The notes under the pieces are model-generated. The model was given only the letters and a program-made list of their open reading frames with translations, ran no database searches and was not told the origin of the DNA. DNA of 43,759 nucleotides from a virus (lineage: Duplodnaviria; Caudoviricetes). Made by a program: the position numbers and the translations under genes. This document shows, one piece after another, positions 34,120 through 41,744 of the stretch. How positions within the stretch are numbered: position 1 is the stretch's first letter; each line of letters opens with the position of its first letter. The DNA is taken from positions 1 through 43,759 of IMG/VR virus record IMGVR_UViG_3300016263_000854. One strand, 5' to 3'.

Positions 34120-35659
34120 GTATTCCAGGCGCAGCTATCCCTCTGCTATTGACAACCACACAAGTAGAGAATCTCGTTAAGTTATACCTCTGGGGCGGTG
34201 GCGGTGGCGGCTCAGGCGGTACTGGAGGTGGCGGTGGAGCAGTTTACGCGCAGGCTGTATTGTCACCGGGGCAGCTTTACAACATTACGGTAGGCGGCGG
34301 TGGCCAAACAATGGCACCAAATGCGGGGACAGGCGGCACAGTAAGTGGCGGCGGCGGATTAGCTGGAAATACAGGATATGGAGGCCAGGGTGGTGGATAT
34401 TCTGGGATTTTTGTTGGTGCTGCTGCTACTCAGAATGCGGCAATAGTAATTGCTGGTGGTGGCGGCGGCGGTGCATATGAAGGTGCCGCTGGTGGTGCTG
34501 GTGGAGGGACAACAGGTGCTTCCGGTGGTTCAGGCGCAGAGGCCGGAGGCGGCGGTGGAACTCAATCCACCGGTGGCACTTCTGCTCATAGCGGAGTAGG
34601 CACCGCCCTTAAAGGAGGCGACTGCGGCAGCTCGGGCGATGGCGGTGGTGGCGGTGGCGGTGGCGGTGGATACTGGGGCGGTGGAGCCGGTTCAGGAGCC
34701 AACCCCGGATCTGCCGGTGGCGGCGGATCAAGTTTTATCAGCACTTTTTACACGCTGACGGGCACGTCATATGCAGGAAGTGGGACAACTCCTGGCGATT
34801 CAGGAAGCAGCTTTAGAGGCTCATACGGAAATGGTGGATCTGGAGCGGCCGGAACGCAGGGCGTTGTAATTATTCGCTATTTAGGCTCCCCTCGTTACAC
34901 TGGCGGAACTATTACGCAGTCCGGCGGATATACAACGCACACATTTACGAGTAATGGCTTCTTAAATATTTCTAGTGTTTTGTTGCTACCATTTAAGGCA
35001 TCTGCTACTCTTGATTATTCGCCAACAAATAAAAGTGTAACCATGAACGGCACTGTGTCAATCACCAGTGCCCAAAGCAAATATTATGGCGCTAGCGCTT
35101 ACTTCTCAAATGGGAACTGGCTGTCTGTCGCCGCATCCAGCGACTTTTTGTTTGGCAGCGAAGATTTTACTATTGAGTTTTGGATTTATCCAACAACTAC
35201 TGCCTATGATGTATTTGGCCAATACAATGGCGCAAATGTAATAAATGGTATAGCAGTTGGAAATTCGTATGGCTTCTCACCTGCTGCCAATACCATCGCG
35301 TTTATGAATGATGGATCTGGCGGTATTGTGCAAAATTTTCCAGGCTCAAACGGCGTTGGCGGTCCTATGGTCGTAAATACATGGCAACACCTAGCGTTTG
35401 TACGCAACGGGACAACGTTTGCCATTTACCGAGATGGAAACCAGTTGATAACACAAACAGTTTCCAGCAGCAACAACAATGTTGGCTCAAGCACATTACC
35501 AATGGGAATAGGAAGACTTGCCGGTATTCTAAATAGACCGCTAACTGGCTATTTAAACGATCTTGCCATGTATAAGGGATTCGCAAAATATACGGCCTCC
35601 TTTACGCCTCCTGGGGCGCTGACATAAGCACTATGTACTCGTAGTGAACACGACTTCCG
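34072..35659 (+). repeat. Pair of AGTG-N4-CGACT-N-CCG sites flanking the fibre gene
   Basis: AGTGgtttCGACTgCCG at 34072-34088 and AGTGaacaCGACTtCCG at 35643-35659. Confidence 0.7.
34116..35627 (+). CDS. Gly-rich tail fibre / receptor-binding protein with C-terminal LamG/ConA-like domain
   Basis: Gly-rich domain, then DFTIEFWIY...WQHLAFVRNG...IYRDG...GYLNDL..YKG.AKY. Visibly AT-richer codons; own SD AAGGAGG. Confidence 0.85.
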   Translation: MSIPGAAIPLLLTTTQVENLVKLYLWGGGGGGSGGTGGGGGAVYAQAVLSPGQLYNITVGGGGQTMAPNAGTGGTVSGGGGLAGNTGYGGQGGGYSGIFVGAAATQNAAIVIAGGGGGGAYEGAAGGAGGGTTGASGGSGAEAGGGGGTQSTGGTSAHSGVGTALKGGDCGSSGDGGGGGGGGGGYWGGGAGSGANPGSAGGGGSSFISTFYTLTGTSYAGSGTTPGDSGSSFRGSYGNGGSGAAGTQGVVIIRYLGSPRYTGGTITQSGGYTTHTFTSNGFLNISSVLLLPFKASATLDYSPTNKSVTMNGTVSITSAQSKYYGASAYFSNGNWLSVAASSDFLFGSEDFTIEFWIYPTTTAYDVFGQYNGANVINGIAVGNSYGFSPAANTIAFMNDGSGGIVQNFPGSNGVGGPMVVNTWQHLAFVRNGTTFAIYRDGNQLITQTVSSSNNNVGSSTLPMGIGRLAGILNRPLTGYLNDLAMYKGFAKYTASFTPPGALT

Positions 35660-35695
35660 TGCCCGCAGGGCACATGTAACACCGCACCACCCGCC

Positions 35696-36193
35696 ATGCC
35701 TTATCTCCTGCAGGGGCGCCCCATCAGCCCCGACGTTGCCTTCACCGCTGCGGTGAACGGCGATCAAATCCAGTTCCCCGCCAACTGGATCCGCCTCGCC
35801 ACCGAAGACGAGAAAGAAGCCATCGGTCTGACGTTTGAGCCCGATGCGCCCCAGGCCGATCAACGCTTCTACTGGGGATATGACGCCGAGGGCAACCTGC
35901 TGCCCAAGGACCACGCCCAGCTGGTGGAGCAGTGGGTTGCCACCACCAAGGTGACCGCCGGTTCGCTGTTGGCACCCAGCGATTGGTACATCACCCGCCA
36001 GGCCGAAACCGGTGCCGCCGTTCCGCAGGACGTGTTGGAGCGCCGCGCTGAGATCCGCGCTTTCAGCAACAGCAAGGAGCAGGCGATCTTGGCGACCACT
36101 AGCACCGATGAGCTGGCGGCCTTTGTCACCAGCGCTGAGTACAGCCGCTGGGAGCCAGAGGCGTCGGCAGAAGAAGCAGCGCCGAGCGAGTAA
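35696..36193 (+). CDS. Tail fibre assembly-like protein
   Basis: QFPANWIRL, DQRFYWG and LL.PSDWY..R..E motifs; follows the fibre gene. Confidence 0.7.
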   Translation: MPYLLQGRPISPDVAFTAAVNGDQIQFPANWIRLATEDEKEAIGLTFEPDAPQADQRFYWGYDAEGNLLPKDHAQLVEQWVATTKVTAGSLLAPSDWYITRQAETGAAVPQDVLERRAEIRAFSNSKEQAILATTSTDELAAFVTSAEYSRWEPEASAEEAAPSE

Positions 36194-36210
36194 CGCAGCG
36201 CATTAAGACC

Positions 36211-36450
36211 GTGGAACGTCACTTCGCTACTGCCGGTGCGGTGATCGCGGTGCTCACGGCCATTGTGGGCACCACCATTGCCGTCGAGTCACGTTACGCA
36301 AAGGCTGCGGACGTGAAACAACAGATGAATGAGCTGTACGCCAAACAGCTCAAGCTGAAGGTCTTGGAGATTGACCTCAAGGCTGACCCCACACCTGCGG
36401 ATCGGGCAATGCGCCAGTACCTGATCCAAGAACTACAGAAGAGCAACTGA
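36211..36450 (+). CDS. Small membrane protein (lysis region)
   Basis: N-terminal TM helix followed by coiled coil. Confidence 0.6.
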   Translation: MERHFATAGAVIAVLTAIVGTTIAVESRYAKAADVKQQMNELYAKQLKLKVLEIDLKADPTPADRAMRQYLIQELQKSN

Positions 36451-36454
36451 CGCC

Positions 36455-36464
36455 GGCAACTTAG
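36455..36464 (+). promoter_or_regulatory. Late-gene motif GGCAACTTAG
   Basis: 21 nt before the ATG at 36486. Confidence 0.75.
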
Positions 36465-36485
36465 GTAGAGCACCAACTGCACCTG

Positions 36486-36659
36486 ATGACGCCAGAAGAA
36501 ATCGCGGGGTTAGCCGTGGCGTTGTTAGCGGGCAGCGAGCTGCTGAGCTACCTCCCCGGCGTCAAAGCCAACGGCTGGGTTCAACTGATCCTCGCGGCCC
36601 TTCGGGGTATTTCGGCAGCGGCGCAGGAAGCCGAGAAGAACAAAAAGCGCCGCCGCTGA
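36486..36659 (+). CDS. Putative holin (57 aa)
   Basis: Not in the track. MTPEEIAGLAVALLAGSELLSYLPGVKANGWVQLILAALRG...KKRRR* is hydrophobic with a basic tail. Confidence 0.6.
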   Translation: MTPEEIAGLAVALLAGSELLSYLPGVKANGWVQLILAALRGISAAAQEAEKNKKRRR

Positions 36660-36664
36660 GGGCA

Positions 36665-36907
36665 ATGGTTGAGGTCTTAGCCGCAGTCACCGGCGCCGTC
36701 GTTGGCATTGCAGCCAGCGGAGTGGGGGCCTTCATCAAGCGGGATGACGAGGCATCTAAGGCAGTGATCCGCCTGACTGCCGCTGTTGAACACATTGCCG
36801 GTGAGGTCTCACTGCTGCGGCAGGAGATCAAGGACGACCGGCAAGAACTGTTCCCGCGGCTCAACTCGATTGAGCAGCGCCTGACAAAACTTGAGGCACG
36901 CATGTGA
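36665..36907 (+). CDS. Membrane-anchored coiled-coil protein (lysis-associated)
   Basis: TM N-terminus; RLNSIEQRLTKLE. Confidence 0.65.
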   Translation: MVEVLAAVTGAVVGIAASGVGAFIKRDDEASKAVIRLTAAVEHIAGEVSLLRQEIKDDRQELFPRLNSIEQRLTKLEARM

Positions 36908-38058
36908 GCCGGATCAAGCTGCGCGACTTCTTTCGTCACTACCAAGACGAGCCTCACCAGGCGGCGGCCATTGATCTTCTACAGAGTCAGATGCCGGAGT
37001 CGCTGTTGCAAAGCGACGCCGACTGGGTGGTGACGTATCGAGCCACCCCCAAACCGAAGCCAGCAGTTGCGGATAACAGCTGGACCGGAGTGATGGAGTG
37101 TGCTCGTCGAGCCGGTGCTCGCTACCCGGAACTGGTGGCGGCGCAGTGGGCTGTTGAAAGCGGCTGGGGCAAGCACACCAGTGGTGTGAACAACTACTTT
37201 GGGCTGAAGGGCCCAGGCACCAGCGTCAAGACGCAGGAGGTCGTCAACGGCAAGACGATCACGATCACTGCGGAGTTCCTCGACTTCCGCGACATTGAGG
37301 AGTGCATCACCTACTTGGTGGACCGCTGGCACCGCGATTGGAAGCAGCATCGGGGAGTCAACAACGCCCCTAACCGCGACGAGGCCGCCAGGGAGTTGGT
37401 GCGTCAGGGCTATGCCACTGACCCCAAGTACGCGGAGCAAAAACTGATCCCGATCATGAATCAGCAGGCGCCGCTGCCCAAGGCACCTGCGGTCAAGCAA
37501 AACGGCGTGCTGATCGAGAAGGTGCCGTACTTCAGCCAGCGCGACTCGACGGTCGCTGGCCAGGCGATGCGGATGTGCTTCAGCTCCAGCTGCGCGATGC
37601 TCGCGTCGTTCATGCGGCCCAACGAGCTGCGTGGCGTCAACGCCGACGACGTGTACCTAAAGCGAGTGCTGCAGTACGGGGACACCACCGACGCTTCAGC
37701 TCAGCTCAAGGCCCTGGCGTACTACGGCATTAAGGCCCGTTTCGTGCAGAACTGCAGCTGGGAGGACTTGGAGCGCCAGCTCGACAAACAGATTCCCGTG
37801 CCATGCGGGTTTTTGCATCACGGCACCAGCAGCACGCCCATGGGCGGCGGGCACTGGCTCACCGTGATCGGATACACCAAGCCAGCCGAAGGCACGGGAG
37901 CCGTCATCGTTCACGATCCCTTTGGCGAGATGGACGTGGTGGCAGGCAAGTACCTCAGCACCCGCGGTGCCCGTCAGGCGTACAGCCGTAAGAACTGGGG
38001 CCCTCGCTGGCTGGTCGAGGGGCCCAAATCAGGATGGGCGATCTTGGCGGATCGCTAA
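36904..38058 (+). CDS. Endolysin: GH73 glucosaminidase plus C39-like peptidase
   Basis: AQWAVESGWG, NNYFGLKG and GYATDPKY, then VPYFSQRD, CFSSSCAM, GGHW and HDP. Confidence 0.88.
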   Translation: MSRIKLRDFFRHYQDEPHQAAAIDLLQSQMPESLLQSDADWVVTYRATPKPKPAVADNSWTGVMECARRAGARYPELVAAQWAVESGWGKHTSGVNNYFGLKGPGTSVKTQEVVNGKTITITAEFLDFRDIEECITYLVDRWHRDWKQHRGVNNAPNRDEAARELVRQGYATDPKYAEQKLIPIMNQQAPLPKAPAVKQNGVLIEKVPYFSQRDSTVAGQAMRMCFSSSCAMLASFMRPNELRGVNADDVYLKRVLQYGDTTDASAQLKALAYYGIKARFVQNCSWEDLERQLDKQIPVPCGFLHHGTSSTPMGGGHWLTVIGYTKPAEGTGAVIVHDPFGEMDVVAGKYLSTRGARQAYSRKNWGPRWLVEGPKSGWAILADR

Positions 38059-38202
38059 GTGGGCGCAGTACATCATCCGGGCCAGCTCATAGACCCATAG
38101 CGCTTGCCAGTCCCGCCGGAAGTAGCGGGTCATCCCGGCATAGGTAACTGAATACACCAACCCACAGGAGGTGTTGTACTGCTCAAAAGTCGGGGCAGAC
38201 AT
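38029..38202 (-). CDS. Small hypothetical protein (57 aa)
   Basis: Not in the track. MSAPTFEQ...YAGMTRYFRRDWQALWVYE...; preceded by minus-strand AGCAACCTAG. Confidence 0.55.
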   Translation of the reverse strand: MSAPTFEQYNTSCGLVYSVTYAGMTRYFRRDWQALWVYELARMMYCAHLAIRQDRPS

Positions 38203-38210
38203 TAAGAGGG

Positions 38211-38238
38211 GGCAACCTTGTCATAGCGCTAGGTTGCT
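38211..38238. promoter_or_regulatory. Face-to-face pair of late-motif variants
   Basis: Plus-strand GGCAACCTTG (38211-38220) and minus-strand AGCAACCTAG (38238-38229). Confidence 0.55.
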
Positions 38239-38248
38239 CGGTGTATTC

Positions 38249-38617
38249 ATGACGTTCTCCGATTGGATGGTGCCGGAATTAAGTGTTAGCGCGGCACTGG
38301 AATTAGAGAACAGCAAACGGATCATCAGAAGTCACGCTTCGCACCATCCCGACAAGATCATCGAGCTGGCCTGTTCCGCAATGGAGCAGGCTTTTCTGTA
38401 TCAGTCGGTGATGCGGAAGGCGACTAAGCGGATAGCAGAGCTGGAGATGACCATGCTTCTCTCGCCTCCTGCAGCACCACCGGATCAACCTGCTCACACT
38501 TGCGGATTACAGGCTCTTCCACGACCTGTTCGACGGGCTCTTCAATGGGCGGTTCGACGGTGGGCTCCGGCCTGTGGGTCATGTGAAAACGGATCTTGCT
38601 CAAAGCTGTTTGAGTGA
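38249..38617 (+). CDS. Hypothetical protein
   Basis: MTFSDWMVPELS...A.KRIAELE pattern; its 3' part overlaps the sigma gene on the antisense strand. Confidence 0.6.
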   Translation: MTFSDWMVPELSVSAALELENSKRIIRSHASHHPDKIIELACSAMEQAFLYQSVMRKATKRIAELEMTMLLSPPAAPPDQPAHTCGLQALPRPVRRALQWAVRRWAPACGSCENGSCSKLFE

Positions 38618-39476
38618 TCTGCCGCACCCGCTCCCGGCTGAGGTGAACCTCCTTACCGAGATCTTTCCAGCTCACCGGCTCATTCCCGTCCAGACCAAAA
38701 CGGCGCGTCACGAAGAGACGTTCCTGCTCGCTGAGTTTGGGAAGGGCCTCCATCAGCAACTGCAGGTCGCTCTGCAAATCAAACGTCTCCAGTAGCTCGT
38801 CTTGTGTCGGCAGGTTGTCGTCGCGCAGCAGCTCCAGGAAGGTGCTTGTCTCCTGATCACCAGCAAAGCTGTCAAGCGAAACGCAGTGGGTGCCGCGAGT
38901 CGCCATGAGTTCCAACTCGGAACGCTTGACCCCCGTAACAGCGGAGAGTTCATCGAAGGTCGGTGCTCTACCGAGTCGAGCGGTCTCTTGGTGCAGCACC
39001 TTCTCAACCTTGCTGGCCAGCTCAGCAACGCTGACGGGCCGGCGAATGGCACGTTCCTGGGCGGTGTAGCTGCGATTGATCGCCTGACGACACCACCAGT
39101 AAGCGTAGGTCGAGAACTTGTAGCCGCGTTTGGGGTCAAACAACTCGACCGCACGGATCAGGCCGATGCTGCACTCCTGCACCAGATCGACCATCTCCAA
39201 GAAGGAGGTTCTGCGGTTGTTGCGTTTGACGATGTAGACCACGAGCCGCAGGTTGGCCTGGACAAAGCGGTTCTTGGCCCGCTCCCCCTTAAGCACCTCC
39301 CGTTTCTCTAGGCGAGTCAGCTCACGGCCGGAGTCACGCAGCTCCATCATCCGGCGAACCTGCTTCCCCAGCTGAATCTCCTCCTCCGGTGTCATCAGAG
39401 GGATCTTGCCGATGCTGTCCATGAAGCTGTCCAGCGCACTGGTGTTGCTGCTCCGGCGAGCTATTGGGCGTGGCAT
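38424..39476 (-). CDS. RNA polymerase sigma-70 factor (RpoD/group 2-like)
   Basis: IPLMTPEEE, ANLRLVV, DLVQE..IGLIRAVELFDPKRGYKFSTYAYWW and SRERVRQI. Confidence 0.95.
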   Translation of the reverse strand: MPRPIARRSSNTSALDSFMDSIGKIPLMTPEEEIQLGKQVRRMMELRDSGRELTRLEKREVLKGERAKNRFVQANLRLVVYIVKRNNRRTSFLEMVDLVQECSIGLIRAVELFDPKRGYKFSTYAYWWCRQAINRSYTAQERAIRRPVSVAELASKVEKVLHQETARLGRAPTFDELSAVTGVKRSELELMATRGTHCVSLDSFAGDQETSTFLELLRDDNLPTQDELLETFDLQSDLQLLMEALPKLSEQERLFVTRRFGLDGNEPVSWKDLGKEVHLSRERVRQITQTALSKIRFHMTHRPEPTVEPPIEEPVEQVVEEPVIRKCEQVDPVVLQEAREAWSSPALLSA

Positions 39477-39636
39477 TGCCGTTGTGGGTGTCGGTGTAGG
39501 TGTGAACGAGGAAAAGGGCGGCTGCAGAAACAGCCGCACGGATACGGGCGTGGGAGTCGAGGGTGTGCTCCTTGAACTCGTCTGCCCAAAAGGCAGCGAG
39601 GGCCTTGTCTTCCCAGGAGTCAGGCCGTGGTTCCAT
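39334..39636 (-). CDS. Hypothetical protein
   Basis: Fills the gap between 39620 and the sigma gene; its 3' end overlaps the sigma start. Confidence 0.4.
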   Translation of the reverse strand: MEPRPDSWEDKALAAFWADEFKEHTLDSHARIRAAVSAAALFLVHTYTDTHNGNATPNSSPEQQHQCAGQLHGQHRQDPSDDTGGGDSAGEAGSPDDGAA

Positions 39637-39793
39637 CACCACCTGCTGAGCATTTGCGGTGGTCGTTGATCAGATGGGTGCCGAAAGCGATGAAGTTCTC
39701 GCGGGTCTGCTTGTTGGCTGGTGCGAAGGGGAACGACTCCTTCCACCAGGCGTCAAACAACTCAGGGATTCGGTCGGCGTAGTCGCTGCTCAT
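39620..39793 (-). CDS. Hypothetical protein
   Basis: LFDAWWKESFPFAPANKQ...; ATGA-coupled. Confidence 0.65.
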   Translation of the reverse strand: MSSDYADRIPELFDAWWKESFPFAPANKQTRENFIAFGTHLINDHRKCSAGGDGTTA

Positions 39794-39948
39794 TTGGTGG
39801 ATTTGGGTTGGGTGTACTGCTGCCAAAGGCCCGTGTAGGTATTGCGCAGAGGGTGGCCGTAGGGGAGATCTGCCCGGCCGGACCTGCGGTAGAGGTCATC
39901 GAGCAGGTCTTGGCGAGCTTGCTGCTCAACCGGGTTGCACTCGCTCAT
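39790..39948 (-). CDS. Small hypothetical protein (52 aa)
   Basis: Not in the track. MSECNPVEQQARQDLLDDLY...TYTGLW resembles a recurrent cyanophage family. Confidence 0.7.
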   Translation of the reverse strand: MSECNPVEQQARQDLLDDLYRRSGRADLPYGHPLRNTYTGLWQQYTQPKSTK

Positions 39949-40023
39949 GTAACTGGGTGAGGTGGGCATGTGCCGTGAAAAGAGTTGGAAGATTGGGGGC
40001 TGCTGCCCCCATCGAGATTCCCC

Positions 40024-40881
40024 CTAAACAAGGGGCATGGCGTAGGTGTTGGTGGTGCCGGCGTAGTGCTCCCAGCAGGTCTGCGGGGTGTTGCCGGCCC
40101 ACTTGGCCACCTGCGTCACAGGGATGCCTTGCTCCAGCAGAGAGCTGATGAAGGTGTGGCGAAGGTCGTAGGGCCGGTAGCGGTGTTTGATCACCCCCTT
40201 CTCACAAAGACGCCGCATAGCGCTGCGGAACGATGTTTGGTAGGTCTGGCGCTTCCAAGGGAACACAAAAGGCTCGTTATGCAGCTTTTGCATTTCCGTG
40301 AGAATGCCAAAGGCGATGTCGTTCAGAGGCACCCATCTCTCCTTACCGGTTTTGGTTCGGGCTTGGAGGCCGTGGGTCAGGGTCATGTTCTGGTGGATCC
40401 GGCAGCGCCGGTTCTCCCAGTCCACGTCTTGCCACTGAAGGCCGAACACCTCCGCCGTCCTCAAGCCAAGCTGCAGCTGGAAGTTGGCCACCAGATGCCA
40501 TTTGGACTCGTGAATTGAGGTCAGGCGGAGAGAGGCCATCACGTCGTCTTGGTGGGCCTTGGGGATGACGACCGGCTCCGGCTTTTGCTCCTCCCTAGGT
40601 AGACGGAAGGTGGCAACAGGGTTGCGGCTAACTAGCGCTACGTCCTCGCTAGCGGCCCACCGGAACAAGGTTTTGACGTACTGAGCCACCGCCTTGGCCG
40701 ACTTGGGCGGCTGTTGCTTGAGGATCCAGACCAGAGCAAGCCTGGCCTGCTCGGGGTCTTGGAACGGACATCGCTCTAGGTAATGCGTCACCTGCGTCCA
40801 GGTGGAGGTGGTGCTAGTCGGAGCAACAGAAAGGGAGCGCTCAGTCTTAAACGCTTCCCACAATTCAAGAAGGGTCATCAT
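40024..40881 (-). CDS. Tyrosine recombinase/integrase without an obvious arm-binding domain
   Basis: GLRTAE (R), TKTG (K), YDLRHT (R), AGN and HY (Y); only 285 aa. Confidence 0.92.
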   Translation of the reverse strand: MMTLLELWEAFKTERSLSVAPTSTTSTWTQVTHYLERCPFQDPEQARLALVWILKQQPPKSAKAVAQYVKTLFRWAASEDVALVSRNPVATFRLPREEQKPEPVVIPKAHQDDVMASLRLTSIHESKWHLVANFQLQLGLRTAEVFGLQWQDVDWENRRCRIHQNMTLTHGLQARTKTGKERWVPLNDIAFGILTEMQKLHNEPFVFPWKRQTYQTSFRSAMRRLCEKGVIKHRYRPYDLRHTFISSLLEQGIPVTQVAKWAGNTPQTCWEHYAGTTNTYAMPLV

Positions 40882-41083
40882 TCAGCGAAACGAGTAAAGC
40901 AACAAGGCCATCCCGAACGTGTAATGCCTTTGTAGTCCTGACCCGGACCGCCATCTCGGGTTCGGGGTCCTCTTCAAAGTCCCCGTAGGAAGCGAGGGCC
41001 TCTGAGATCGCTGATGCCGCGTTGGTTGCTTCGTTGATGAGGTGGTGCAGGGTGCCCACCTGCTCTGGGGTTACGTGCGGCAT
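40865..41083 (-). CDS. Hypothetical protein
   Basis: 72-aa ORF upstream of the recombinase, following a palindromic operator. Confidence 0.55.
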   Translation of the reverse strand: MPHVTPEQVGTLHHLINEATNAASAISEALASYGDFEEDPEPEMAVRVRTTKALHVRDGLVALLVSLNDDPS

Positions 41084-41225
41084 TAGGAGCTGCGGCTACG
41101 GTCGGACAGATGTTATGAAGCACTTACGTAAGGGTCAACCCCTTCCTAGCGCATCCAGCGAGTCTCGTGGGACTAAGACAAGACCTGCTTATAGGTCTCT
41201 TCCGCTAGTGCGCTTAAGCCCAGCT

Positions 41226-41441
41226 TCACCCGCGGTCAGTGCCGTGATAGCCGTAGCGGTCAATGGAGCGCCGCCGATTTTCTGACTTAGACGCCGCACG
41301 AAGCCGGCGCTTGCCTGAGCGGACTTCACGTGCAAAGTCGAGGAACTCTGCTGCACGATGCAGCTCACCTGCAGTGGCAAAAGAGACGGCCGCCCGCAGC
41401 TTGGCCATCGCCTGCTGCCTTAGGTGAGCGGCGTCATCCAC
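41226..41441 (-). CDS. Hypothetical basic protein
   Basis: 71 aa; ATAGELHRAAEFLDFAREVR.GK. Confidence 0.65.
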   Translation of the reverse strand: MDDAAHLRQQAMAKLRAAVSFATAGELHRAAEFLDFAREVRSGKRRLRAASKSENRRRSIDRYGYHGTDRG

Positions 41442-41467
41442 TCGTTACTCAAGTAAGTAAGGCCAGT

Positions 41468-41701
41468 CTAGGCCCCCTCTTGGCGGATCAGCTCAGTTAA
41501 GTACCACTGGGCCTTACGCAGGTCCTCCAGGCCGTTCTTGAGGTTGGTGCGCCAGATGTACTTCATTACGGCACCACGGCAGTACGCCTTAAACCCCTCA
41601 TCGCCAAGGGCAGCGTGGATCGCATCAATGCACTCGACCGCACCTGCGGTGTAGTGGGGCGGGTGATTGACCAGATCGGGGGTGGTGTTGTCGTTAGCCA
41701 T
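41468..41701 (-). CDS. DUF3310 family protein
   Basis: VNHPPHYTAG.VECIDAI...KYIWR...KNGLEDLRKAQWYL. Confidence 0.9.
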   Translation of the reverse strand: MANDNTTPDLVNHPPHYTAGAVECIDAIHAALGDEGFKAYCRGAVMKYIWRTNLKNGLEDLRKAQWYLTELIRQEGA

Positions 41702-41744
41702 GACGCCTAATTTGGAGAAAATTTGAAGTTGGTTAGGAGTTGCC

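Noticed and set aside
34190-34730. GGC/GGT tandem repeats as a DNA repeat element
   Set aside because: Explained by poly-Gly coding in the fibre protein.
35549-35632. Inversion at the inverted AGTG (35632) creating a functional alternative fibre
   Set aside because: Fusing the stub there reads ...DSAYVSAPGG... but stops after about 27 codons, so no hidden antisense fibre gene exists in this genome.
33976-35700. Diversity-generating retroelement at the fibre locus
   Set aside because: No reverse transcriptase and no TR/VR pair differing at adenines were seen.
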